Positions 38,689-47,324 of a stretch of 64,000 nucleotides of DNA are shown here, in pieces. The DNA lies in contig BOKM01000001.1 of the NCBI GenBank assembly GCA_016860985.1, forward strand, positions 220,185-284,184. Direction: 5' to 3'. Made by a program: the position numbers and the translations under genes. This DNA is from Patescibacteria group bacterium. Lineage in GTDB: Bacteria; Patescibacteriota; Dojkabacteria; GCA-002793355. The notes below the pieces were generated by a model. That model saw nothing but the letters and a program-made list of their open reading frames with translations. It searched no databases and had not been told where the DNA came from. How positions within the stretch are numbered: the first letter of the stretch is position 1; each line of letters opens with the position of its first letter.

Positions 38689-38904
38689 TTATTTTCCTTC
38701 GAGCTTTTGCACTTCGCGGGTGACGTTATAAACGAATTCACCAACAATAGGCACAGCCTGAACTCTTGCAGCAATAAATCCTAGCACTGAAACTAACAGG
38801 ACCGCACCAATAATGGTTCCAATCCCCCAGCCAATGCCACCAATAAGGTTATCAAAAAAAAGTCTCCCTTTTGATTTTTCAATATAGATTTTTTCTGCTC
38901 TCAC
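38689..38904 (-). CDS. small membrane protein
   Basis: 71 aa with a Gly-rich TM helix (GGIGWGIGTIIGAVLLVSVLGFIAA). Confidence 0.4.
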   Translation of the reverse strand: MRAEKIYIEKSKGRLFFDNLIGGIGWGIGTIIGAVLLVSVLGFIAARVQAVPIVGEFVYNVTREVQKLEGK

Positions 38905-38944
38905 GCTTCAGTATAGCAGAAGGTAAGCCAACGCTCTACTGCTT

Positions 38945-39226
38945 TTACTTCTCTAGCTTTGCGAGTACTTCGTTGATTGCGACAAGCATATACTTAGTGC
39001 CGTCTACATCGACTTCTGTTCCAGCATATTTTGAGTAGATTACCCAATCACCAACCTTTACGCCACGTTTTGCAATTTTCTTTGAGGTACCGACAGCTAC
39101 GACTTCTGCCATATTTGGCATTTTGTCGTCTTTTGCGGTTTCTGGAATAAAAAGCCCTGATTTTGTTTTTACTTCTGGTTCAACATTCTTAAGAACAAGG
39201 TACTTTGAGAGTGGTTTTATCTGCAT
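38945..39226 (-). CDS. groES: co-chaperonin GroES
   Basis: 93 aa. IKPL...VLVK...EKTKSGLFIPETAK...GEVVAVG...KVGDWVIYSKYAGTEV GroES pattern. No groEL follows. Confidence 0.85.
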   Translation of the reverse strand: MQIKPLSKYLVLKNVEPEVKTKSGLFIPETAKDDKMPNMAEVVAVGTSKKIAKRGVKVGDWVIYSKYAGTEVDVDGTKYMLVAINEVLAKLEK

Positions 39227-39269
39227 TTTACATTCGGTTCATTTTATATAGTAATGCCTAAGTATAATA

Positions 39270-39296
39270 TTGGCAGTCTAGCGAGTCAAGTGCTAA
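39270..39296 (-). promoter_or_regulatory. CIRCE-like inverted repeat upstream of groES
   Basis: Minus strand reads TTAGCACTT-N9-GACTGCCAA against the CIRCE consensus TTAGCACTC-N9-GAGTGCTAA. The right arm is degenerate (7/9). hrcA is present elsewhere in the window. Confidence 0.35.
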
Positions 39297-39350
39297 TTCA
39301 CAATTCAGACTATGGCAGAAAATCTAATTTCAGGTATAATTCCAAAGATT

Positions 39351-39438
39351 GGAGAGGTGTCTGAGTGGTCGAAAGAGCTCCCCTGGAAAGGGAGTATACC
39401 CATTACGGGTATCGAGGGTTCGAATCCCTCCTTCTCCG
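39351..39438 (+). tRNA. tRNA-Ser (anticodon GGA)
   Basis: 88 nt with a long variable arm. Anticodon loop CTGGAAA, T-arm GAGGGTTCGAATCCCTC, acceptor GGAGAGG/CTTCTCC. Confidence 0.85.
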
Positions 39439-39439
39439 A

Positions 39440-39545
39440 ATTTCAAATTTTTCCCATTTCGCTCGAAGAATATCTTCATATTCTTCTTGTCGATCATGGC
39501 TCAAAATTCGAAATTCGGGAAATGGTAAAAGTTTGAAATTAGAAA
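39440..39545 (+). repeat. long imperfect inverted repeat (about 24 bp arms) with nested palindrome, immediately 3' of tRNA-Ser
   Basis: Arms AATTTCAAATTTTTCCCATTTCG and CGAAATTCGGGAAATGGTAAAAGTTTGAAATT. The inner palindrome is AGAATATCTTCATATTCT. Confidence 0.4.
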
Positions 39546-39803
39546 CAGTATGGGATGAAGAAACCCAAGGAGAACAAACAGTTTTGTTCGACGCAGGGCG
39601 GGGTTGCGCGCAAGGTCCGCTAATATTTATAACGTAGTATTTCAGAGCTGAGGCATGGAGCCTGAAATACAAGGGTAGCCGAATCCCAATTGCGAATAAG
39701 GTTGGGGAACTACCTCTTTGTAGAACAAAACTTCCGCGAGGTGACCGAATCCCTTATTGCACCAACCTACGTGAAAAAAATACCGCTTTAACTGCTTCTA
39801 ATT

Positions 39804-40496
39804 CTACTTATCTGCATAACCATAAAAGACCTCAAAAAGAGGTCCGATTCCGAAAGCCATACTCGCATGGAAGAAATATTCTTCTAATAATACTCCCGCA
39901 AAATATTTGCCTGATACGTTTTCAATATTCCAAAAGGTTTGATACATATCAGGAAACAATAAACGGGTACTCGCCTGCCAGATAAAAACAACAACCAGCA
40001 TTAACGCAAAATTAAGCAGCGCTGGCCTAAGTAAATCTTTGCGAAAATACAAAATCACTAAGCCAGCAGCTACAATCCCCCACCCTGACGAGAAAATAAT
40101 TCCAGCTTTTAGGAAATATTCCATAAATAGCACGGTAATCACACCTACAAAAACTGCCAACAACGAAACCACTTTTCGTTCGAACTTATTGTACCGATTA
40201 TCTTTAACCAAATGCTTTTTTAACGCAAATTCGTATAGCCCTGCTGCTATGCCACCGTAAAAGAAGCAAAGTAAGAAATCCTCAACACCAGCGTTTACAT
40301 AAGGAATCTTTAAAATCCACTGTGGTGTCCAGTACGCGCCATAGTACCAAAAATGTTCAGTTATCCCAAAAATAGTTACAAAAGTACTCATCCTTAAGAT
40401 TTGAACGCGTAAATCCTTTCTTGAAAGAAAGATGATCAACCAAACAATTCCGAGAATTAATGTTCCAATTATGTAATAGTATTGGTTAGGCAGCAT
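39804..40496 (-). CDS. membrane protein with two lycopene-cyclase-domain-like repeats (CrtYcd-like)
   Basis: Internal duplication, with each half carrying a motif like GVEDFLLCFFYGG / GVLLEEYFFHAS (compare the PxEExxFF motif of heterodimeric lycopene cyclases). About 6 TM helices. Confidence 0.4.
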   Translation of the reverse strand: MLPNQYYYIIGTLILGIVWLIIFLSRKDLRVQILRMSTFVTIFGITEHFWYYGAYWTPQWILKIPYVNAGVEDFLLCFFYGGIAAGLYEFALKKHLVKDNRYNKFERKVVSLLAVFVGVITVLFMEYFLKAGIIFSSGWGIVAAGLVILYFRKDLLRPALLNFALMLVVVFIWQASTRLLFPDMYQTFWNIENVSGKYFAGVLLEEYFFHASMAFGIGPLFEVFYGYADK

Positions 40497-40567
40497 TTAA
40501 TGAATCATACCATACAAACATGCTTATCCTCGACCTGAAACACCGTAGGTTTGAATCCAAATATTCG

Positions 40568-41161
40568 CTATTGTTTTTCCCCAACCGTCACCGTTACCGA
40601 TGTTCCTTTGTTTTCCTCTGATTTTGCAACAATAATCAATGCGCTCTGATCACCTTGGGTAAACGAAAGCATTTCTTCTGAAAAACTCATTTGTTCAGTC
40701 CAACCTTTTGTAACCATCTCTGCTTTGTAGTAGTCATACACTTCTTTATTTGTTTTGGACGTTGTATACACAACCATTGCAGAACCATTTGCGGTTTTTG
40801 AGGTTACAGACAAAATATTAGCATCAGAAAGAATTGGAACATTCTTGGGGAAGTCACTCGGTAAGGAAAGTCCTTCGCCATATTGTACTTCGCCTTCGTC
40901 TGTTTTGATGGTGCCCGAGTTCTTATCTCCATCAAATTTTAATTCGCCCTCGTCTGTCTTAATACTAAAATCACCTTTTTTTTCATCTAGCGAAATTCCA
41001 TTTGATTGTAAAACACCTTTAAATACCCCGCCGATAATCCGAGGAATAATGAGCCCACAGGCAGCGAGCAACACAACAAGAACTACGACTACTATCAGAA
41101 GTACGTTGCTTTTCTTTTTTGCTGGTGCTTGCACAGTTTCAGTTTGTTTTGTTTCTTCCAT
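40568..41161 (-). CDS. membrane-anchored hypothetical protein
   Basis: N-terminal TM helix followed by an extracytoplasmic domain. Confidence 0.4.
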   Translation of the reverse strand: MEETKQTETVQAPAKKKSNVLLIVVVVLVVLLAACGLIIPRIIGGVFKGVLQSNGISLDEKKGDFSIKTDEGELKFDGDKNSGTIKTDEGEVQYGEGLSLPSDFPKNVPILSDANILSVTSKTANGSAMVVYTTSKTNKEVYDYYKAEMVTKGWTEQMSFSEEMLSFTQGDQSALIIVAKSEENKGTSVTVTVGEKQ

Positions 41162-41181
41162 ATTTGTATTAAAAATCTTAA

Positions 41182-41511
41182 CTAAATACCAGACCTAATA
41201 TTGTTTTTCCTAAAAACAGGATTATCTCTTCCATCGAGGTGTGTTCCAGGCATATCCTCTGGATGATCTGCAAACGCTTTTTCGAGTGGAGTCTTATCAA
41301 ACGCCTTAATTGCTCCTAGAACCATTGAAGCGAGACCTGTATACGTTGCAACTGCATTTTCTCCACTTAATGCGATTCCCACTCCACCCATTACAATGGC
41401 TATTGCACCGGTTGCTTTTGGATGCTCAACCATAAAATCGAGCACTGCGTCCTTCATTTCGCTGACGAGTGATTTTTTCTCTGCTTGTGGCTCACCATTA
41501 GGGCTATTCAT
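41182..41511 (-). CDS. hypothetical protein with glycine-zipper hydrophobic core
   Basis: 109 aa; GAIAIVMGGVGIALSG segment. Confidence 0.35.
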   Translation of the reverse strand: MNSPNGEPQAEKKSLVSEMKDAVLDFMVEHPKATGAIAIVMGGVGIALSGENAVATYTGLASMVLGAIKAFDKTPLEKAFADHPEDMPGTHLDGRDNPVFRKNNIRSGI

Positions 41512-41842
41512 TTTTTGCCGTCGCTAATTTATTACAGGCTTCTTCTATATACGTTTTATATTCTTTCTCAAGTTCTGCCCGCGCTTCTGGTGATAATTCA
41601 GAGATTCGCTTTGCAAGAATTTCGGTATATTTTACAACCAACGAATGATCGCTACTGGAAAGCTTAAAGGCGTCTACCGCGAGGCGTTTTTCTTCGTCTG
41701 AAGTAAAGATTTTGTCGATAATGGCAACAAAGGCAGACACAGAGATCTCTATGACTTGCTTCATTCGTTCATCGGCTGAAAGATGAGGTGCTCTTTCTTG
41801 CAAGAGTTTCTCAATCGATTGGGGCGTAATTGCTTGTAACAT
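41504..41842 (-). CDS. hypothetical helical protein
   Basis: 112 aa; overlaps the downstream gene by 8 nt. Confidence 0.35.
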   Translation of the reverse strand: MLQAITPQSIEKLLQERAPHLSADERMKQVIEISVSAFVAIIDKIFTSDEEKRLAVDAFKLSSSDHSLVVKYTEILAKRISELSPEARAELEKEYKTYIEEACNKLATAKNE

Positions 41843-41861
41843 ATGTCATATTATCACTCTT

Positions 41862-42617
41862 TCAACCAATCTGAAAAGGAGTAACCGAGATATAGCCATT
41901 CCAAAGGGCTCCTACATCAACAGAATTACCACAATCAGGTTTTCCTTGAAATGCGTATACTTGTTCATCGTAGGAATATTGGCTATCACTTATGAGAACA
42001 GGGTATTTATAATACAACGATAAATCCTGAACAAATGTGGTCAACTGATATTCTTTGGTCGGTAGAATTGGGAAGTTAACATTAACGAATGGTCGTTGCC
42101 AAAATTCATTTTCAAACGCCTGTTGTAAAATGAATGCAGCACTTTCTCCCGGGTACGAAGTAAAAGATTCAACTGATTGCTGCGAAGTGTCATTCGTCCA
42201 CGTTGTATCTTGCGTTCCGAGTAATAAGCTCATTATAACTGCGTGCGGAGCAAGGTTAACTGCCAATGCTCGAATTGCTGCTCCACCTGTACCTGAGGCG
42301 GTAATGGTACTTAAGCCAATATTTTCGCCCCAGTTTATTCCAGACACAACACAGTCAAATTTATTCGGAAATAATCCTTGCGCAAATTCCATTGCGTCGG
42401 CAGGGTTCCCATCAACCCAATATGCGTCAACATTCTCAATTTTTTCTTTACCCCACGTCTTCGTTCCATATGCCTTCGTTCCCCCACCAACGCCACTTCT
42501 CTGCTCCTTTGTGGCAACAATCGTTACCTCATATTCTGGCACCAATATTTTGGCTAAGAGACGAACACCTATCGATTTGTATCCATCATCACCCGTTATC
42601 AGTATTCGCTTTTTCAT
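41862..42617 (-). CDS. surE: 5'/3'-nucleotidase SurE
   Basis: N-terminal ILITGDDGY, GINWGEN and TASGTGGAA SurE blocks. Confidence 0.75.
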   Translation of the reverse strand: MKKRILITGDDGYKSIGVRLLAKILVPEYEVTIVATKEQRSGVGGGTKAYGTKTWGKEKIENVDAYWVDGNPADAMEFAQGLFPNKFDCVVSGINWGENIGLSTITASGTGGAAIRALAVNLAPHAVIMSLLLGTQDTTWTNDTSQQSVESFTSYPGESAAFILQQAFENEFWQRPFVNVNFPILPTKEYQLTTFVQDLSLYYKYPVLISDSQYSYDEQVYAFQGKPDCGNSVDVGALWNGYISVTPFQIG

Positions 42618-43044
42618 GTTCCTCCTTTATTCCGCTATTGCGGCTATCGTGTGGCAAATCGAGCCAAAGCCCCCAGAGCCCCGCAAATAAAATAAGATTC
42701 TTCATTATATACTGCCCTTCTGTACTTAAAACACCAACTGAAAGCCAGGTGTGCTGGGGCAACAATACTATCGGCAACATTGTTGCGCACAAATGAAAAA
42801 AGGTAACGATGTAGGTTAGTTTCAAATAACGCGAAATAAAAAATCCAAAACCAATGAGCACCTCTAACACGCCAAACAAAAAGAGAAACTGCTGAGGAGG
42901 GAAAAAAGGAAGTGTTTTATTCAACAAATCAAGAACGAGTGAAGTGGCAGGACTACTATCAAACATTTTTGTCACACCAAACCAAATAAATACAACACTA
43001 AATGCGATTCGTAATGCCCAATTTTGCGCAATCTTTGCAGTCAT
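42589..43044 (-). CDS. DoxX-like membrane protein
   Basis: 151 aa with 4 TM helices. Confidence 0.4.
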   Translation of the reverse strand: MTAKIAQNWALRIAFSVVFIWFGVTKMFDSSPATSLVLDLLNKTLPFFPPQQFLFLFGVLEVLIGFGFFISRYLKLTYIVTFFHLCATMLPIVLLPQHTWLSVGVLSTEGQYIMKNLILFAGLWGLWLDLPHDSRNSGIKEEHEKANTDNG

Positions 43045-43068
43045 CGGTAATTGTACTATAATTTTTGT

Positions 43069-43491
43069 ATGGCAGAAAATAAAAAACCAACACTATTACA
43101 GGAATTTCAAACTTTTATTGCGAGAGGGAATGTGATTGATCTTGCAGTAGGTATCATTATCGGTTCCGCTTTTACTGGAATTGTGAACTCATTAGTGAAA
43201 GACGTATTACTTCCACCAGTCGGCATAATAATGGGAAAAGTAAATTTTGCCGATCTCAAAATTGTACTTCAAGCAAAATCTGATACTCTTCCAGAGGTTG
43301 CAATTTTATACGGCAACCTTCTTCAGAATGCACTCAACTTTTTACTTGTCGCATTGGTGGTCTTTTCACTCGTTAAAGCAATTAATACGTTAAAGAAAAA
43401 AGAGGAGACCAAGGAAACAAAAAAGAAAGAAACAGAACTCTCCGTTCTCACTGATATTCGTGCGTTATTGAAAAAGCGAACGACTAAATAA
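43069..43491 (+). CDS. mscL: large-conductance mechanosensitive channel
   Basis: FQTFIARGNVIDLAVGIIIGSAF ... LLPPVGII MscL signature. Start trimmed to MAENKK. Confidence 0.85.
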   Translation: MAENKKPTLLQEFQTFIARGNVIDLAVGIIIGSAFTGIVNSLVKDVLLPPVGIIMGKVNFADLKIVLQAKSDTLPEVAILYGNLLQNALNFLLVALVVFSLVKAINTLKKKEETKETKKKETELSVLTDIRALLKKRTTK

Positions 43492-44299
43492 TCACTCTAA
43501 TCTTTTCGAGGATTTCTTTTAGATCTTCCTTACTCTTAAAGGATAAAATCAAACGTCCACCTCGAAGGAGAGGTTGAATATACACTTTTGTTCCGAGCAT
43601 ATCACCTACTTGCTTTGCGATTAAGTCATACTCTACCGTAAGTTTGGTTGCAGATTGCTTAAAGCGCTTGCCTCTGCCGAGTAATCTTCTGACAAGTTCT
43701 TCTGCTTCACGTACCGAGAGACTATCACGTTTAATAATTTCAAATGCATTAACGATAAGATCATCACGCTTCAAAGAAAGAAGCGCACGGACATGCCCTT
43801 CGCTAACCTCGTTGTTAACAAGACCAGACATAACTTCGTAAGGGAGCACGAAAAGTCGAATTCTATTGGTAACAACCGTTCGACTTAATTTAAACCGAAG
43901 TGCCAACTGTGCATGAGATACTTTTTTCGCCTTGCTTAAGAAGTGGAGCAACATTACTTGTTCAGCCAGTGACATAAATCCACCTTCAAGATACCCAAGA
44001 ATTATCAGGTGGAGGATTTCCATAGGAACATCATCGATGTAAACAATAACCGCTTGTTCGACCGAAGCGAGCTTGAGGATACGAAGATATAGCTCTCCTA
44101 AAACGACCTCAGGGCCACTGGGTGTTTTAAAACATACTAAAGGTAACCTTTGCCCATCTTTTCTTACGTCTTCGGCGAAGGCAAGCATACTGCTCACAGG
44201 CATATTCATAACAGGAACCTTTGGATATACCTTTATTGAATCAACAGGGAGCGTCTGGGTTAAGGATTTGTCTAGTGTTTGTACTAAAGATATTCTCAC
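43484..44299 (-). CDS. ParB/Spo0J-like protein
   Basis: 271 aa with a ParB-type HTH region (LSRTVVTNRIRL). The N-terminal ParB box is not clearly conserved. Confidence 0.45.
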   Translation of the reverse strand: MRISLVQTLDKSLTQTLPVDSIKVYPKVPVMNMPVSSMLAFAEDVRKDGQRLPLVCFKTPSGPEVVLGELYLRILKLASVEQAVIVYIDDVPMEILHLIILGYLEGGFMSLAEQVMLLHFLSKAKKVSHAQLALRFKLSRTVVTNRIRLFVLPYEVMSGLVNNEVSEGHVRALLSLKRDDLIVNAFEIIKRDSLSVREAEELVRRLLGRGKRFKQSATKLTVEYDLIAKQVGDMLGTKVYIQPLLRGGRLILSFKSKEDLKEILEKIRVII

Positions 44300-44301
44300 G
44301 T

Positions 44302-44886
44302 TTATTTTGTAGTCAGATTATCTCCGTAGTCGAGTCTTTTAATAAGCTTTGCACTCTCTGGAGGGAACCATACTACCACTGCACGCCCCTCTATATATTC
44401 TTTTGGCACTGCACCAAACTCTCTAGAGTCGGTTGAATACGGACGATTGTCGCCCATTAAGACGTATTGGTTTTCTGGCACTTTGTAAGGAACCCCCTCT
44501 CGAATTGTGGCTTCTGGTTGAGTTTTAACAGTTGAATCTAGGTAGGATTCGTACAATTCTTTTCCATCGACATATACTCGACCGTTTTGAATTGTAACGG
44601 TTTCTCCTGGTAAACCAATAACACGCTTAATATAATCTTGGGTTTCTGAATGTTTAAACACAACGACATCACCACGTTGTGGATTCTTTGAAAGGTACTG
44701 GAGTTTGTAAACTAAAATGAAGTCATTATTCTGCAAATACGGCACCATTGATACTCCATCAATCGCACGGGGACTAAGTACAAAATACCATATGATTATA
44801 AAGAAAACACCGGCAAAGATATAGAATTCGAGTGAATCGAGAATTTTTTTGAGCAAGTCCATCATACTAGAATCATGGTATAGCAA
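44302..44886 (-). CDS. lepB: signal peptidase I
   Basis: S26 catalytic Ser box (DGVSMVP), KRVIGLPGE and the GDNR box (LMGDNRPYSTDSR). Confidence 0.8.
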   Translation of the reverse strand: MLYHDSSMMDLLKKILDSLEFYIFAGVFFIIIWYFVLSPRAIDGVSMVPYLQNNDFILVYKLQYLSKNPQRGDVVVFKHSETQDYIKRVIGLPGETVTIQNGRVYVDGKELYESYLDSTVKTQPEATIREGVPYKVPENQYVLMGDNRPYSTDSREFGAVPKEYIEGRAVVVWFPPESAKLIKRLDYGDNLTTK

Positions 44887-45006
44887 AATGTGGTACTTGT
44901 AAAGTGGAGACGCTACGTTTCACGGTGACGAACATTTAGCAAAAACAACGTACCGTTCAGCTGGAAATTGATATTGACTGCCAGGGAAATATGAGAAAGT
45001 TGAGTG

Positions 45007-45137
45007 TACCGCTACGGGGAGTCGCTCACCTCGTAACCCTCCTACTTTCGCTACGCGTTCTAATGCGTTACTTCCTTGAGCCCACCCACTTCGTCAAATG
45101 TGCGTTGGCACATTTTTCTTGGGGTTTCTCCTCCCTC
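45007..45137 (-). repeat. conserved tRNA-Glu-associated element, copy B
   Basis: Homologous to copy A. In minus orientation it ends GAGCGACTCCCCGTAGCGGTA, mimicking the 3' end of the adjacent tRNA-Glu(UUC). Confidence 0.5.
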
Positions 45138-45140
45138 GAA

Positions 45141-45186
45141 CATCATAAAAAAAGGGTTTAGGATTCTTCGAATCGCAAACCCCTTT
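45141..45186 (-). terminator. intrinsic terminator-like hairpin immediately 3' of tRNA-Glu(UUC)
   Basis: Minus strand AAAAGGGTTT-N17-AAACCCTTTTTTT, a stem followed by a U-run. Confidence 0.45.
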
Positions 45187-45259
45187 TTGCCGCTACGGGG
45201 AGTCGAACCCCGCCTAGAGGATTGAAAATCCTCTGTCCTAACCGATAGACGATAGCGGC
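45187..45259 (-). tRNA. tRNA-Glu (anticodon UUC)
   Basis: Hand-folded. Anticodon stem-loop GAGGA-TTTTCAA-TCCTC, T-loop TTCGACT, acceptor GCCGCTA/TAGCGGC. Confidence 0.85.
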
Positions 45260-45324
45260 ATGGGTGAATTATACAAAATCTTACAAATATAATCAACTCG
45301 CGTGCAGTGTTATAATGTGACCTT

Positions 45325-46419
45325 ATGGAATCTTTTGGTACTTATGCGAAAGCAAAGCTAGGGGAAAGGCAAAAGGAGATCAACTCAGCACTTGAACGTT
45401 ATCTCGAATCTCAGTTTGGGAACGATGCCTATTCATACCATGATTCAACGGCAAAGGCTGTCGACGTATTTAAGGACATTGTTACCCGCTCAGCAAAGCG
45501 ATTGCGAGGAAGTTTTGTCATAGAAGCCTACAATATGTTCAAAACTGATGGCCACAATGATGTAATTAATGCAGCAGTTGCAATCGAACTAATACACGCC
45601 TACCTTCTTGTAATTGATGATTTTAACGACAAATCAGACACTCGCAGAGGTGATCCTACGGCCCACAAACTTCACGAATCGTACCATGCCAAACAACATC
45701 TGCACGGAGATTCACTTCATTACGGCTACTCTGTCGCAACGCTATCGGGGCTCTTTGGTATGCATCATGCAAGTAATTTATTACTCGAGCTCAATTTTCC
45801 CGCCGTAATACTTATCAAAGCGATACGAGGAGTAAACGATGCCATAAATGTTACTGCGTATGGACAGGTACGAGACATCTACAACCAGCAAATCCCCAAC
45901 GCTACTGAGCACGATGTAATGGAAGTTCACAGACTAAAAACCGCTCACTACACTTACTTTAACCCAATCCAACTTGGAGCGACCTTAGCTGGACAAGCTG
46001 ATGAGACAATCCAAAAATTTAAAGAATACACAGAGAAGGCAGGGACCGCGTTCCAGATTCAAGATGATATTCTGGGGGTATTTGGCGATCCAAAAGACAC
46101 AGGCAAATCTAACATGGACGATATTATGGAAGGCAAAGCAACTTTACTCACGGTATATGCGAGAAAGAAAGCTACAGCCGCTCAGAACGAAATTCTCGAC
46201 AAAGCAATTGGAAACCGAACACTTTCACCAGAGCTTTTCGAAAAGGTTCAGACAATTCTTTCCGAAACTGGTTCCTTAGACTATTCAAAGAAGGTCGCTC
46301 ACCAACTCGTGCTTGAAGCAAAAGAAAGCATGTATCAACATTTCCCCGACTTTACCGACAACGGAGGCTTCAAGTTTATCACAGGTATCGCAGACTACAT
46401 GATTGAACGAAAGCTCTAA
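45325..46419 (+). CDS. trans-polyprenyl diphosphate synthase (head-to-tail isoprenyl diphosphate synthase family)
   Basis: First Asp-rich motif LLVIDDFNDKSD and second Asp-rich motif FQIQDDILGVFGD. 364 aa. Confidence 0.8.
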   Translation: MESFGTYAKAKLGERQKEINSALERYLESQFGNDAYSYHDSTAKAVDVFKDIVTRSAKRLRGSFVIEAYNMFKTDGHNDVINAAVAIELIHAYLLVIDDFNDKSDTRRGDPTAHKLHESYHAKQHLHGDSLHYGYSVATLSGLFGMHHASNLLLELNFPAVILIKAIRGVNDAINVTAYGQVRDIYNQQIPNATEHDVMEVHRLKTAHYTYFNPIQLGATLAGQADETIQKFKEYTEKAGTAFQIQDDILGVFGDPKDTGKSNMDDIMEGKATLLTVYARKKATAAQNEILDKAIGNRTLSPELFEKVQTILSETGSLDYSKKVAHQLVLEAKESMYQHFPDFTDNGGFKFITGIADYMIERKL

Positions 46420-47315
46420 GCGTTAACAAACCGACGGAACTTTTCGGCTACAAGTGTTTCTTGACCTAAAAAGCAATGTCCTCCAGACGGGGGGACCACA
46501 AGTTCAACACCCGTAATATGCTTTTTCATGCATTCATAAGCTTGATTTTTTGCGTAAAACTGTGGGTAATCAAGCGATTCATCATCTGCACTGGTAATTA
46601 TTTGTACTGGTAACGATACTTTTTTCCATAGCGGAAAGTCGTACGTATCCATTCGATAAAAATCCCACATTTCATTAAAATCACTCGGTCTATACCAAGA
46701 GTAAAAAGTTTGGTACGTCATTGGAAAGTCATCATATGTTGGAGGAATTATCTCCTGCCCTTTACCTTCTTCAGTCATTTTTAATGCGTGACTAACATGC
46801 TCGTGCCATTTTTCTCCACTTTTTTGCTCAACATATGCATTTTTATCAAAAGGGCCGAGAAGACTAATCTTTTTTACCAGTTGTGTATATGTACCTTCGA
46901 ACAAATATCTTGTGACCTTAAGTGTTCCAAGAGAATGCCCCGCAAGCACAATCTCTGTGATACCTTGGGATTGTAGCCATAAAATCCATGCATCGATATC
47001 AAGATAGGCTTCTTCTAATATTTCATAATAAGAACCGATGTATTTTGAAATTGTGCGCGTGCTATCAATAAGCTCTGTGTAAAGCCCCGTACCTCTGGTT
47101 TGTATTGCTAAAAACACGCCACCTTCCGAGGCAATAGCTTTGCCCATTTCACTTACAAAAGGCCAAGAATAAAAATCACTCGTAAATCCATGTACATAAA
47201 TAACAGCTCGCTGATTCTGACCTTGAATCTCGCCGTACCGCAAGGCGCTTAACTGCAATCCATCGGACGTAAATGTTTGTTGTAACGTGACTGGCACCAT
47301 AAACGATTGTACCAA
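46416..47315 (-). CDS. alpha/beta-fold hydrolase
   Basis: Nucleophile elbow AGHSLGT and an oxyanion-hole-like IYVHGF. Confidence 0.6.
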   Translation of the reverse strand: MVQSFMVPVTLQQTFTSDGLQLSALRYGEIQGQNQRAVIYVHGFTSDFYSWPFVSEMGKAIASEGGVFLAIQTRGTGLYTELIDSTRTISKYIGSYYEILEEAYLDIDAWILWLQSQGITEIVLAGHSLGTLKVTRYLFEGTYTQLVKKISLLGPFDKNAYVEQKSGEKWHEHVSHALKMTEEGKGQEIIPPTYDDFPMTYQTFYSWYRPSDFNEMWDFYRMDTYDFPLWKKVSLPVQIITSADDESLDYPQFYAKNQAYECMKKHITGVELVVPPSGGHCFLGQETLVAEKFRRFVNA

Positions 47316-47324
47316 AATTTACGA

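Noticed and set aside
33908-38904. Conjugative type IV secretion system, ICE or prophage (tape-measure) fragment.
   Set aside because: No VirB4/VirD4-type P-loop ATPase, relaxase, integrase, capsid or terminase gene anywhere in the flanking 10 kb. Retained instead as an ATPase-less envelope cluster of unknown function.
39440-39800. tmRNA (ssrA) candidate, because of CGAATCC T-loop-like motifs and the position after a tRNA.
   Set aside because: No complementary T-stem or acceptor stem, no GGGG 5' end pairing with a CCA-proximal 3' end, and no tag-peptide reading frame.
45060-45296. ORFs overlapping tRNAs (45060..45296 over tRNA-Glu, 49342..49545 over tRNA-Leu, 39312..39637 over tRNA-Ser, 62063..62386 inside the PEP-utilising gene).
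   Set aside because: They overlap confidently folded tRNAs or a clearly coding opposite strand, and are spurious.
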